IMG/VR virus record: IMGVR_UViG_3300042309_000903
DNA: 64,000 nt
Reading direction: 5' to 3' (one strand)
DNA from: an uncultured virus (IMG/VR IMGVR_UViG_3300042309_000903)
Taxonomy: Duplodnaviria > Heunggongvirae > Uroviricota > Caudoviricetes
A program made the position numbers and the translations under genes. Of the stretch, positions 9,306 through 18,798 are shown one piece after another. Numbering within the stretch: the stretch's first letter is position 1; every line of letters starts with the position of its first letter. The notes under the pieces were generated by a model, which saw nothing but the letters and a program-made list of their open reading frames with translations, searched no databases and was not told the DNA's origin.

Positions 9306-9971
9306 TTAAGCTAACAATGAGTTGGCAATTTCATCCAACTCTGCCCATGAATGAGTTTTGATGTCATCCTTGGTAAAGCACGTCATTTGTGCGATTGCTG
9401 CTTCGGCTGCTGCTTCATCAATGCCCCAATCCTCTTGGAGGTCACGGCCCTTGATAGCGTTTAGGTGATAAACAGTTTGCTGCATCTTACCTGTGCGAGA
9501 AATCGCCCAGAAGTTCTTGTTCAAAGGACCCTGTGGTGAGAAGTGTGCAGCGTGTAGTGTCTTATAAAGACGCGGTGTAGCAATCATCATCTGACGCTGT
9601 GGACCGCCTGGAGCGCTAAGGTTAACGACGGTAAACGCACGCTTGTCCTCAGGCTTAGAGTTAAGTTTGGTGCAGAGTGGGTCGTTAGCACCAAGAGAAA
9701 TGTATGAACGACGACCTACAGTCTTCTGCTGTAGGAAGTGCTGCTTGTATGTTGCAAATGGACCGTCTGGGTCAAGGAACTTAATAACTTGGAAGTCTTC
9801 GCCAAGCTTTAGTTCTACTGGGAAATCTCCCATTGAGCTGGTTAGCTTTTCTGCTGCATCCCAACCTGATTGAACTGCTGTTGTTGCTGCACCCATTGGG
9901 CGGTCTTCAATTACGAACGCTTCTGTTTCTGAAACGTATTCGTCTGCGTTTGGAACTCGATTAACTGACAT
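9306..9971 (-). CDS. Single-stranded DNA-binding protein (gp32-like), putative
   Basis: IKFLD..PFA.Y.QH...DPLC pattern; adjacent to polA. Confidence 0.6.
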   Translation of the reverse strand: MSVNRVPNADEYVSETEAFVIEDRPMGAATTAVQSGWDAAEKLTSSMGDFPVELKLGEDFQVIKFLDPDGPFATYKQHFLQQKTVGRRSYISLGANDPLCTKLNSKPEDKRAFTVVNLSAPGGPQRQMMIATPRLYKTLHAAHFSPQGPLNKNFWAISRTGKMQQTVYHLNAIKGRDLQEDWGIDEAAAEAAIAQMTCFTKDDIKTHSWAELDEIANSLLA

Positions 9972-9986
9972 TTATTTTCCTTTGTT

Positions 9987-10451
9987 TTAGTTGTTTTTTG
10001 TTTCCGTTGCTCGGATGTTATCCCAAGCCTCGGCTATCTCAGTTATGAGGTGCCGGTTAGTAGACCATTCTATACGCTTTGCCGTAAGTACGCCAGCCTT
10101 ATTAAACAGTTCTACCGTTACCTCAATCATTGGTCTTGTGTACAAGCGCTTACCTTGTACCTCCTTACCGTTTTTGTCAACTGTTGACGGCAAACGGTAA
10201 GGAGATGTAGGTAGGTAACCCTCGCCCATCCACGCACGTAGTGTAATGATAGGGCGACCTAAAGCATTTGCCAACGCACCGAGAGTAAACATCTCCACGC
10301 TAGTTCCGTTGGGCAGTGTTTTAACGACTGGTTTAGAGTCCCACTCAACTTCTACCTTTTGTGGTTTTACATCTTCTCGGCGTTTGCGTTTACTGCCTGG
10401 ATAAAAACTATCCAAGTCAGCAAAAGTAGATTCAATAAAGTCTTCGGTCAT
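9987..10451 (-). CDS. MerR-like helix-turn-helix DNA-binding protein
   Basis: FTLGALANALGRPIITLRAWMGEGYLP...KRLYT. Confidence 0.7.
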   Translation of the reverse strand: MTEDFIESTFADLDSFYPGSKRKRREDVKPQKVEVEWDSKPVVKTLPNGTSVEMFTLGALANALGRPIITLRAWMGEGYLPTSPYRLPSTVDKNGKEVQGKRLYTRPMIEVTVELFNKAGVLTAKRIEWSTNRHLITEIAEAWDNIRATETKNN

Positions 10452-10452
10452 A

Positions 10453-10863
10453 TTAAACTATAAAAGCGTAGCTAACCTTAGACGGAAACATTGCGTCAAT
10501 GTCTTCTTCTGTAAGTTCACCGCGGTAAAACGAAGCCATAATTTCTGCTTCATCCAACGTAGGAACCATTTTGATGCAAGTCTCTGTTAAACCTTTTTCT
10601 TGAATAATTTTTTCTGCTATATCCATGTCAAGGTTTTTACTGACTTTTCGTTGATGAGTAATTTTATCAACACCAGTGACTTTGTCATCTACTTCAAGAA
10701 CAATGTGACCTTTTGAGTCAACCTCGCCGTATTCTTTAAGTAGGTCAACAAGACGAGTCTTGATATCTTTTTGACGGTTTGTAAGGAGATTAATCTCATC
10801 CTTAAGTGACACGTACTGTTGGACGTTACGTGTTAAATCTTCTTTGTTTATAGACATATCCAA
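10453..10863 (-). CDS. Hypothetical protein with coiled-coil N-terminus
   Basis: ORF with AAAGGGG SD and its own promoter-like site. Confidence 0.65.
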   Translation of the reverse strand: MDMSINKEDLTRNVQQYVSLKDEINLLTNRQKDIKTRLVDLLKEYGEVDSKGHIVLEVDDKVTGVDKITHQRKVSKNLDMDIAEKIIQEKGLTETCIKMVPTLDEAEIMASFYRGELTEEDIDAMFPSKVSYAFIV

Positions 10864-10878
10864 CCCCTTTCGAGGTCA

Positions 10879-10908
10879 AAGATAGTCGAAGACTTATTTA
10901 GCTGTCAA
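10879..10908 (-). promoter_or_regulatory. SigA/sigma70-like promoter
   Basis: TTGACA-N18-TATCTT upstream of 10453..10863. Confidence 0.6.
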
Positions 10909-11050
10909 GCGGGGTTAGGTAATCCTCAAGGGCTTTAATTATGATGCTGGTCACAGTGACCTTCTCAAGGGCAGCCTTCTTCTGAACCGCGGTCCAGAGG
11001 TCATCTGGGACGCGGATAGTACGCGTAGGGGTCTTAGGTGCGTTAGGCAT
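10898..11050 (-). CDS. Ribbon-helix-helix DNA-binding protein (50 aa; not in the ORF track)
   Basis: MPNAPKTPTRTIRVPDDLWTAVQKKAALEKVTVTSIIIKALEDYL. Confidence 0.8.
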   Translation of the reverse strand: MPNAPKTPTRTIRVPDDLWTAVQKKAALEKVTVTSIIIKALEDYLTPLDS

Positions 11051-11057
11051 CCTAAAA

Positions 11058-12647
11058 TTATACCGAAGATAGGCGAAGGAACCCGCTTAAACTGCCGACG
11101 CTCATATCTACCCCGCCGTCTTCATTTATGCCTTTTCCGTCAATAACGGCGCTGGCTACGGCGTTTTTATGCTGCAACATCTCATGCTGCCTAACCTCAA
11201 TAGAACCAGCCACTAAAAGGTCTTGTACAACAATGGTTGCCCATTTTGATGAGGCTCTCATAATACGCCCGTTTCGTTGAGTTGCAGAACCTGCAGACCA
11301 AGGTAAATCATAATTGATAAGGAGATTGGCAGCGGGCAAATCAACACCGTAGCCACCAGCGTCAGAAGATATAAAGACGCGGATATTAGATAAAGTGTTA
11401 AAGGCAATTTTGTTCTCCTCTTTAGTTTTAGCGTCAATACGCCCTGAGTAAGTAACGCATATATCTGAGCCTAGCGCGTTAGAAATCTTTTCAAGCATAT
11501 CTACATAAGTAGCAAAGATAACTACCTTGTTTTCTTCATTCTCGTCAAGAAAATCTTTAACGTAACTAATCAACAGGTCAAACTTTTGACTGTTGGTTAC
11601 GCCGTCTAAAGCTCCATCCTTAACTATCTCGTAGGCGTATTTTGACCCTGTACCTGTCATCATGTCGTAGTTAGACGCGCTAGTGAGAATCAGGTCTGGG
11701 TGAGAACAAAGCATTTTTAAACACCCCACTTTGGCCATAATCTTTCCTCTAATCTCGTCCATTTCTCCGCCACGTTGAGATTCAAGGCCGTAATGAGCAA
11801 AGATATTAAAGTTAGAGCCAAATAAAGTTTGAGCCTCATCTAAATCGTCTAACAAATCTTGCAAAATCTTGTTGTATAACTTGGCTGAACTTCTATCTAA
11901 AGTAATAGTAATTGGTTCTTTATGGATGGCGTCTGGTAGGTGGGGAGCAACGTCAGGGTCTTTTTGTGATTTACGGACGCAAGCTTCTTTTAACTTTTCG
12001 TGAAGAGTAGGCAAGTTTCTATACCGGTCTACTCCACCCCAGTTATTGCGGACAATAAAAGCTTTATCAAATATATCAAAACGCCCAAGCAACTGGTCGT
12101 CTACAAATTGCATAATACTAAACAGCTCTTCTGGTTTTCCGTTTTCAATTGGTGTTCCTGTGAGGGCAAACTTAAACGGGGCGTTGGCTAGGCGCTTTGT
12201 ATGTTTAGACCGTTTAGACTTAAAAGATTTAATCGCAGTTGCTTCGTCAAGGACAACAAAACCTCTAGGTAGTTTTTTAACTAAATCCCAGTCGTTAACA
12301 ACCTGTTCGTAGTTCATAATGACGTAGTCAACCCCTGAGTTAACCCAATCCATAGCTTCTGCGTACTGTTTTTCACGCTTTGCTTTAGTCCCATCAATAA
12401 CTAAAGACTTTGAGGTGCCCTCTGTAAACTTTTCAATCTGGTTTTGCCATTGGTATTTAATACTACTTAAGCAAATGACAAGGCCTGGTTCTTTAATCTT
12501 GTTTTTATCCATCAACCGCTCAATAGCAGCAATAGTAAGCACGGTCTTACCTAGACCTAAGTCATAGGCCACCAAAACCTTTTGACGTTTACACATAAGG
12601 TTAACAGCATCAGGTTGATACGGAAGAAGCTTACCTTTAAAGGTCAT
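11058..12647 (-). CDS. SNF2-family helicase/ATPase
   Basis: DLGLGKT, LDEAT, ALTGTPIEN, SDAGGYGVDL, QRNGRIMR. Confidence 0.9.
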   Translation of the reverse strand: MTFKGKLLPYQPDAVNLMCKRQKVLVAYDLGLGKTVLTIAAIERLMDKNKIKEPGLVICLSSIKYQWQNQIEKFTEGTSKSLVIDGTKAKREKQYAEAMDWVNSGVDYVIMNYEQVVNDWDLVKKLPRGFVVLDEATAIKSFKSKRSKHTKRLANAPFKFALTGTPIENGKPEELFSIMQFVDDQLLGRFDIFDKAFIVRNNWGGVDRYRNLPTLHEKLKEACVRKSQKDPDVAPHLPDAIHKEPITITLDRSSAKLYNKILQDLLDDLDEAQTLFGSNFNIFAHYGLESQRGGEMDEIRGKIMAKVGCLKMLCSHPDLILTSASNYDMMTGTGSKYAYEIVKDGALDGVTNSQKFDLLISYVKDFLDENEENKVVIFATYVDMLEKISNALGSDICVTYSGRIDAKTKEENKIAFNTLSNIRVFISSDAGGYGVDLPAANLLINYDLPWSAGSATQRNGRIMRASSKWATIVVQDLLVAGSIEVRQHEMLQHKNAVASAVIDGKGINEDGGVDMSVGSLSGFLRLSSV

Positions 12648-13180
12648 ACATACCCTTGCATTCTTGTGCTAATTAAAAGTTTAAGGTCATTAATAGTTCC
12701 ACTATTAACAAAAATTTGGTCAACTTTTTCTCCGTCCATAGCAGACTCGGATACATGAGCATTTACTGCGTTAATACCAATACGTTTAATACGCCATATT
12801 TGAGCGCCCTCATTTAAACGAATAGCCTCAGCTTCGTTTGGAAATCTAACATCAGTAATAACATAATTATCAGAAGCGTCTACATCTTTAAGCGCTTGTT
12901 GTACCCAAAACATATCGCCAAAAAGCTTTCTAGCGCCAAGACCTAAATCTTGAAGAAGGCGCCTAGCCTCAGGGTAATCTACTTTTACTTTATCCCACCC
13001 GTACACATCAACCAGCCCTTGAACGCGGTAACCTTCTTTTAACATTGGGTTAGTTTCGTATAACAGGGTACGTATGGGGTCGGCAAAAGCAATCCGTTGG
13101 TAGCCATACTTTTCTACAAGTATGTTTGCAACGGTATCTTTACCTGACTGGGCATAGCCAGTTAAGCCAATAATCACCAC
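12644..13180 (-). CDS. Deoxynucleoside monophosphate kinase
   Basis: GYAQSGKDT, FADP, RRLLQDLG, ITDVRFPNE, HVSE. Confidence 0.88.
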   Translation of the reverse strand: MVIIGLTGYAQSGKDTVANILVEKYGYQRIAFADPIRTLLYETNPMLKEGYRVQGLVDVYGWDKVKVDYPEARRLLQDLGLGARKLFGDMFWVQQALKDVDASDNYVITDVRFPNEAEAIRLNEGAQIWRIKRIGINAVNAHVSESAMDGEKVDQIFVNSGTINDLKLLISTRMQGYV

Positions 13181-13311
13181 TCAACCCCAACCCAGAAAAA
13201 CACAAGGTCTATATCCATGTGGTATTTGTCAATATTAAACCCAATACCAAACCGCTTAAATGAGTACCCGAAGCTAAGCCAAAACTTTCCAACGCTAATT
13301 TCTTTATGCAT
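13174..13311 (-). CDS. Small aromatic-rich hypothetical protein (45 aa)
   Basis: Manual translation MHKEISVGKFWLSFG...VGVEW; fills the gap with overlaps on both sides. Confidence 0.55.
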   Translation of the reverse strand: MHKEISVGKFWLSFGYSFKRFGIGFNIDKYHMDIDLVFFWVGVEW

Positions 13312-14233
13312 ATCCCAAAGCCTTCTCTCCGTGTAGTGAGTGACGAGCAGTTTCTATTCCTAAAAATATCTCATCTTTACTCATACCGCCAATGTCTTTG
13401 ACATCTACGTGGTCATAGTTAAAGAACCTAGCCTCAAAGCCAAGGCGCAAACTCCAGCCTAGGAGAGCCTTGGACGACTCCCTACCAGCCTTGTCGTTGT
13501 CCATAGCGAATATGACGCTCTTAGCGCCTCTAAGCAGGTTTACCTGACTCTTGGACACAGCTGAACCGAAGGTAGAAACACCCCCTAGAAGCCCTACAGA
13601 GCCCATACGAGCCACGTCCAGAGGAGATTCGACCACTACCATGGGACCAGAGGTGTATTGGCCGTATCCAAATAAAGACAGGCTTTTGTTGACACCCGTA
13701 GGGTAATTGCGGAAATAGCGGTTATCGCCCTTTTCCTGCCATCCCCAAAGCTTGTTGTTCATAGGATTTCGTATGGGAGTCACCCAACAATTTTTGTTGG
13801 GGTCCCAAAGAATCCCATAGTAACGCGCCGCGTTACTAGTTATGCCGCGAGAACGTAAGGCATCTTCTGGTGGCTCAACAAATGCTGCAAGGTTTGCCTC
13901 AGATATGTCGTGGACCTCTTTAAACACTGGCTCTTTCTTAATAGCCCTATCTAACGCTTTGCCCAAATCAACTCCTGTATCAATCCAAGCCTTGGCTGAT
14001 TCATAATCAATTCCTTGAACGTATTCAATTAAAGAAGTAACGCTTCCCTTAAACCCGCAAGAAAAACAAATGTGTGCGCCAGTATCAGAGTTAATCCACC
14101 AAGACGGATTATGGTCTTCGTTACCTGTGCGCTTTAAATGCGCGGGGCAGTGCCCGTTAATCTCAGAGCCACGAATGTTGTAGTACTCGATACCTAACCG
14201 GTCGAGCAGGTCTTCCATATCTTCAACGGTCAT
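13304..14233 (-). CDS. DNA primase (zinc finger + TOPRIM)
   Basis: CPAH...CFSC, VVESPLD, MDNDKAG, KDIG. Confidence 0.9.
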   Translation of the reverse strand: MTVEDMEDLLDRLGIEYYNIRGSEINGHCPAHLKRTGNEDHNPSWWINSDTGAHICFSCGFKGSVTSLIEYVQGIDYESAKAWIDTGVDLGKALDRAIKKEPVFKEVHDISEANLAAFVEPPEDALRSRGITSNAARYYGILWDPNKNCWVTPIRNPMNNKLWGWQEKGDNRYFRNYPTGVNKSLSLFGYGQYTSGPMVVVESPLDVARMGSVGLLGGVSTFGSAVSKSQVNLLRGAKSVIFAMDNDKAGRESSKALLGWSLRLGFEARFFNYDHVDVKDIGGMSKDEIFLGIETARHSLHGEKALGYA

Positions 14234-14354
14234 AGTCCACCTTCTTGTGTTTAACCTTGCGTGTGTAAGCCTTTTTGCTTTTCATAGGCTGAGCAGCATT
14301 TGAACGGCGAAGTTCAAGTACGCGTTTAATACGAGCTAAGTTTGGAAGTTTCAT
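14223..14354 (-). CDS. Small basic protein (43 aa)
   Basis: MKLPNLARIKRVLELRRSNAAQPMKSKKAYTRKVKHKKVDYDR; ATGA overlap with the dnaB stop. Confidence 0.6.
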   Translation of the reverse strand: MKLPNLARIKRVLELRRSNAAQPMKSKKAYTRKVKHKKVDYDR

Positions 14355-15583
14355 AGGTCGGTAGCATCCATTTCACGGAATCGTCCCTCCGACCACTGCC
14401 ACTCAAGAGTTACTTCGGCAGGTCCAGAGTTACGGCTTGCTACAACCTTTAACAAACGGGTGTCTTCAACGGCTTCATCCTCACGTTGTAGACCAAGAAT
14501 AATATCGGCGTCCTGAAAGAAAGAAGATGAGTAACCGATTGAATCTGCAGTCACATTACCCTTCTTCATTTTCCAAGTAAGCACCTGAGTAGAGATAACA
14601 ATTGGCTTATTAAACCGCTGCGCCAACTTCTTTAAGCCGCGGGTAATATTAGTCAAAGCCTGTGGGGTATTAGCCTCACCAGACTGCTCGTCAATCATAA
14701 GGTAGACGCCGTCAATAAAAACAATGTCTGGTTGCAATGTCTGAATTTTTGCAGCAATACCTGAAACAGTTGAACCAGCAGCAGAGTCCACTAGCCAAAA
14801 CTTATGGTCAACGTTCTCAAGGTTTTCCAAAATCTTTTTGTATCTAGCCTCTTCTTCAGATGTAAGAGTTCCAGTCATCAAACGCTGGTGAGAAATGAGG
14901 GCACGCATTGAGTCATAGCGAGTCTCTTGCTCCATGTTGCTCATCTCAAACGATTGGAACATAGGAACTTTCTTTTGCTCTCGGTGGATGTTCAAAGCAA
15001 TCTGCAAAGCAAGAGTTGACTTACCAGTCTTTGGTGGAGCAATAACAACAACCAGCTGACCGTTTTGTAGACCACTAGTTGCTTTGTCAATAGTAGGGAA
15101 CCCAGTTGGGTATCCGCGTAAACCGTTAGGCAAGTTCTTTCGCTCTTGATAATCTTCCCAACGACGCATAGGCTCGTTAGTTAAATCAAGGTCGCTAGTT
15201 CCACTTAAACCATCGTCATCAATCTTAATAAGACCGCGCTGTAAACGTAGTAACGCCTCTTCATGGTCAGAGCGCTTATCAATAGACTCAATAGCGTCAC
15301 GAAGCATATTTACAGTTGCAAACTTACGTCGTGCTTCAACAACTGCGTCTAGTAAATAATCAAGGCTGTCCTCTGTTTGAACAAATTCATACGTTGGGTA
15401 GTTGTCCTTAAGAATCTCAAGGCTTGGGCACTCACCGTACTTTGAGAAGTGGTCGCGTACTTTGGTCCAGACGCGCTTGTCGTCTTCGTCTGCAAACCAA
15501 TTAGCGTTTACATTACGCATAAACAAAGGAGTTAAGTTCTTTTCAAGAACCGCTTTACTAAGAAGCTTCTTTTCATTGTTCAT
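14351..15583 (-). CDS. dnaB: DnaB-like replicative helicase
   Basis: GYPTGFPTID, APPKTGKS, SFEMS, FIDG, STQ, QDAD. Confidence 0.92.
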   Translation of the reverse strand: MNNEKKLLSKAVLEKNLTPLFMRNVNANWFADEDDKRVWTKVRDHFSKYGECPSLEILKDNYPTYEFVQTEDSLDYLLDAVVEARRKFATVNMLRDAIESIDKRSDHEEALLRLQRGLIKIDDDGLSGTSDLDLTNEPMRRWEDYQERKNLPNGLRGYPTGFPTIDKATSGLQNGQLVVVIAPPKTGKSTLALQIALNIHREQKKVPMFQSFEMSNMEQETRYDSMRALISHQRLMTGTLTSEEEARYKKILENLENVDHKFWLVDSAAGSTVSGIAAKIQTLQPDIVFIDGVYLMIDEQSGEANTPQALTNITRGLKKLAQRFNKPIVISTQVLTWKMKKGNVTADSIGYSSSFFQDADIILGLQREDEAVEDTRLLKVVASRNSGPAEVTLEWQWSEGRFREMDATDL

Positions 15584-15984
15584 TGAAGTAAGTCCATTCC
15601 CCAGCTTCCGTAGCGCAACAATCTATCAGGCCTATCCATAACACCAACAACATCTGGTCTGTATGGTAACTCTGCTATTAAGTGGTCGATAGAAGAGTAG
15701 ACCGTAGCATAGCGAAAGGGGTTCGTGCCAATTTTCTCTAGGTGTTCGATTAAATCATTTAGCTCATCCTCGGTCATATCAAAGGACACAAGCTCGTAGG
15801 TGTATTCGCTTCTCGTAGCCCATAAATAAATACGGCTTAATATTTGAGAATTAAAAGTATATTTTTTTTCAATCTTAGGGATTATTTTAAAAACTTTTTT
15901 GACAGAGGTTTCCCAATTAAGTATGCCGTCTGTTGTAACAAGCACCCGCCTAGTAAATGCGTTGCTTATATCCCCCTTGTACAT
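15580..15984 (-). CDS. Hypothetical protein (HAD-like fold possible)
   Basis: Coupled ORF in the replication operon. Confidence 0.6.
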   Translation of the reverse strand: MYKGDISNAFTRRVLVTTDGILNWETSVKKVFKIIPKIEKKYTFNSQILSRIYLWATRSEYTYELVSFDMTEDELNDLIEHLEKIGTNPFRYATVYSSIDHLIAELPYRPDVVGVMDRPDRLLRYGSWGMDLLQ

Positions 15985-15986
15985 GT

Positions 15987-16304
15987 TTAATAAACCTCTA
16001 TTTTTCCAAATCTAATAATGAATTCTCTAAAAGCATCTGTAGATTCTTGAGCCTTGTCGGCTTCTTCTTTAGTTGCTTTTTTAGAAATCTCTAACGGATA
16101 CGCACCGCCATTAGTATTAATGCGGGCGTTTACAAATCGAGAGTGCTTGCAACTACTCCGTCCGTTAAATCCTGGGCAAGAGCAGATTAGGTCCCCATCT
16201 ACAGTACTGCTTACTTCATAGATTGCGGGGCTCGGACTCATAGACTGGCTCAAGAAAACTTGTATAAGTTTTGTTTCTTGGGCTTGCATGTTCTTCTTCC
16301 TCAT
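15987..16304 (-). CDS. SWIM zinc-finger protein
   Basis: YEV...CSCPGF...CKH. Confidence 0.75.
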   Translation of the reverse strand: MRKKNMQAQETKLIQVFLSQSMSPSPAIYEVSSTVDGDLICSCPGFNGRSSCKHSRFVNARINTNGGAYPLEISKKATKEEADKAQESTDAFREFIIRFGKIEVY

Positions 16305-16990
16305 TTCCGTAAATCCCCTTTTGGAGATTTTAGTGCAATAGGTACGAAAGCTTCTCGGGCAAAGCTCTCTGTAGCAGAGCCATAAACGGCCCCCCAAGCC
16401 TCTAAAGGTATGTTTGAGGTAACAATAGTCGGTAGTCCGTTATTAAACCGAGTTCTAAGGACGTGGTGAAGCATTGTTTTCTGCCAACCAGACCCAGACA
16501 TATGCTCCTTGCCTACATCGTCAATAACCAGCACTCGGATGTTGTACGCATCATCCACGGACTCCCCAAGGAGTCCAGCAAATAAAGACTGCTCTTCATC
16601 TGTGGGGTCTTCCATAAGAGCCCCCCTCAAATCAAGTAAGGCGCTAAAAGTTAAAAAGTAGCAAGGTCGAACAAGTGTCTTGTTTGCTTCAGGGGAGAAA
16701 GCCTCGTAGGGAAACCGTCGCAGAATGTCCTGCAAAATTACCAAAGCCAAAGTTGTCTTGCCGTGCCCCGGTTCTCCGTAGAGCATGAGTCCCTGACCAC
16801 AACTTGTATGGCCTTTAGATTTAATCACCTTGCCAGATTCAACTGTGGCAACCCACTCTTTAATTACCTCAACATCAGATGAGATAACGCCAGTGCAATC
16901 TTTAAACTCCCAACCTTGACGGTTGTAGGGAATGGCTGCAATCTTCACCCAAGAACGGCGCCGAAGTTTTAACTCGTCTACGTTAAACAT
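16301..16990 (-). CDS. DnaC/IstB-like helicase loader ATPase
   Basis: GEPGHGKT, LVIDDVGKE, R.N..LPTIVTSN. Confidence 0.88.
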   Translation of the reverse strand: MFNVDELKLRRRSWVKIAAIPYNRQGWEFKDCTGVISSDVEVIKEWVATVESGKVIKSKGHTSCGQGLMLYGEPGHGKTTLALVILQDILRRFPYEAFSPEANKTLVRPCYFLTFSALLDLRGALMEDPTDEEQSLFAGLLGESVDDAYNIRVLVIDDVGKEHMSGSGWQKTMLHHVLRTRFNNGLPTIVTSNIPLEAWGAVYGSATESFAREAFVPIALKSPKGDLRK

Positions 16991-17843
16991 TTCCCCTCAA
17001 TCTAGCAAGCGCCTTTTCTTTAAGACGAAGCTCTTCATCGCTTTCTTCTGTAGAAATCATAGAACTCTTTGCCTGCAAAACGTAACTTGGAAATCTAGTT
17101 ACAAACAACTTCCAAAGATGTTCTGCGTCGTCGTACTTTTCAAAATCAATACTACCGAAGAACAAATCTAAGATAGCAAGTTCTATAGCGCCATCAGTAT
17201 CGTGCTTTTTTCTAAGTGACGCAAGCGCTGGGATAAAACGGCTGTTAGTAACCGACCACGGCTTGATGCTCCAAACGCGGTAGATGCGGTCAGCAAACTC
17301 GTACCCAACGTCTGTGCAAGTCCACTTGCTGGCAGGAACGGAATGACGGCTCAAACGCTTTTTATGGGTCTTGGCCTTAGCCTCCTCGTACTCAGCCTTC
17401 TTGGCGTCTTGAGCTTTTTTTCGTGCGTTAAGAGATTCGTCATCGTCGATAGACGATTGCTTTTCAAAAAATTCATAGCCCATGCTATCCACCTCAATGT
17501 TAATCGTTTGGAACTCTTCCACCGACTCCGTCGGTGTATCTGGTTTACTTATAAGCGAATTAGCAAATACAGAGTTATTGCTATTCTGCACTACAAGGGG
17601 TAACGATAGTTCGGCTGTCAGACGGTCTGAACCTAAGACAGTCAGGTAGTTCTTCTTTACAATACTAGCCCCAATTTTCTGGGTCTTCAGCTCAATGTAA
17701 CCAAACTCTCGCAACTCTTTTAGCGCTTTAAGTGCGGAATGTCTCCCAATTTGCCAATGACTCATTACGGACTCTGCTGAGATGTTTAACCCAGCGTTGG
17801 CCTTAACAAGGATTGCTAGTGCAAGAGGGGAGAGGTCGTTCAC
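16983..17843 (-). CDS. Replication initiator-like protein (N-terminal winged HTH)
   Basis: IGRHSALKALKELREFGYI; directly upstream of the DnaC-like gene. Confidence 0.65.
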   Translation of the reverse strand: MNDLSPLALAILVKANAGLNISAESVMSHWQIGRHSALKALKELREFGYIELKTQKIGASIVKKNYLTVLGSDRLTAELSLPLVVQNSNNSVFANSLISKPDTPTESVEEFQTINIEVDSMGYEFFEKQSSIDDDESLNARKKAQDAKKAEYEEAKAKTHKKRLSRHSVPASKWTCTDVGYEFADRIYRVWSIKPWSVTNSRFIPALASLRKKHDTDGAIELAILDLFFGSIDFEKYDDAEHLWKLFVTRFPSYVLQAKSSMISTEESDEELRLKEKALARLRGNV

Positions 17844-18481
17844 TTATCCTCTTTTAGCTTCTTGGCTAGTCGGTCAACAATTAAATCAATAAAGGCGTCT
17901 ACTGCTGCGTAGATGTCATCAATCTTTTCGTCGTACTCTTCGCCTTCTTCCTCGTCTTCTTCCTCGTCTTCAATATCATCTTCGTCTTCGTCTTCGTCCT
18001 CTTCTAGCGCGTTATCCGTAGATGCCTCAGATTCAGGCATTACAGGTGTAGCAGAGCGCTTAATCTCATCCGCTGGGGTTATCTTGGACAACCCGTCGCA
18101 AAGGTCGTAAGAAGCCAAGCCATAGGTTTTACAGACAGCAAGGGCGTCCGCACAATCTGGGTCTTCATCGCTCCAAAGGATAAAAACCTCTGACTCTTTA
18201 AAGGCTTTAATAGAATCATCTATAGGGGTTGTAGTCTCAACCATAGTTGCGTGAGAGATGCTGTCTAAAAAAGCACCAGCGTTTGCGTAAACAATTACAT
18301 CAATCTGTTGTTGTTTAGCCTGCTGCGCGGCCCATACCTGACCTTGACTTGGTTTTGAAGTAAAGGAAAGAACTAGGGCTTTTGGTTCTCCGTTTGCGTA
18401 GTAATGGTCGGACATCAGGGCTTCAACGTTTGCTCTGCTCGTCGCGCCACTACCTGCCAGTAATACTGTGTAATCTGCCAT
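17840..18481 (-). CDS. Hypothetical protein with long Asp/Glu tract
   Basis: EEDEDEDEDDIEDEEEDEEEGEE near the C-terminus; AAGGAG SD. Confidence 0.7.
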   Translation of the reverse strand: MADYTVLLAGSGATSRANVEALMSDHYYANGEPKALVLSFTSKPSQGQVWAAQQAKQQQIDVIVYANAGAFLDSISHATMVETTTPIDDSIKAFKESEVFILWSDEDPDCADALAVCKTYGLASYDLCDGLSKITPADEIKRSATPVMPESEASTDNALEEDEDEDEDDIEDEEEDEEEGEEYDEKIDDIYAAVDAFIDLIVDRLAKKLKEDK

Positions 18482-18525
18482 GTGGACTCCTTAAGACGGT
18501 GGAGTCGCAGACTATACCCGAAGTT

Positions 18526-18786
18526 CTACTCTGGTCTAGTTGGGCGAATTACGGCTGGTTTAAAGGTTGTCATTCGGTCTGCAGCAACGGTAATAAAAAG
18601 AGACAAAAACGCAGAAGCTACCGTTAATGCTACAAAAAGCCCTATTTCGGACACGCCAAGTAACGCAAGCCCACCAGCCGAAAATATTAAAGACGCCAAA
18701 GCTTTAAACATCTTTAACTCTATTACCTGGTCAATTACAGCTAAGAAAAAAGCAGAAAAACAAGCGGCAACAATAAGTTCAAACAT
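18526..18786 (-). CDS. Small membrane protein (holin-like)
   Basis: Three hydrophobic segments and a basic C-terminus. Confidence 0.55.
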   Translation of the reverse strand: MFELIVAACFSAFFLAVIDQVIELKMFKALASLIFSAGGLALLGVSEIGLFVALTVASAFLSLFITVAADRMTTFKPAVIRPTRPE

Positions 18787-18798
18787 GTTTATATCCTA

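Noticed and set aside
5379..15583. Inteins or introns in RecA, PolA, SNF2 or DnaB
   Set aside because: Protein lengths are ordinary, the frames are uninterrupted, and no intein splice or LAGLIDADG/HNH motifs were recognised.
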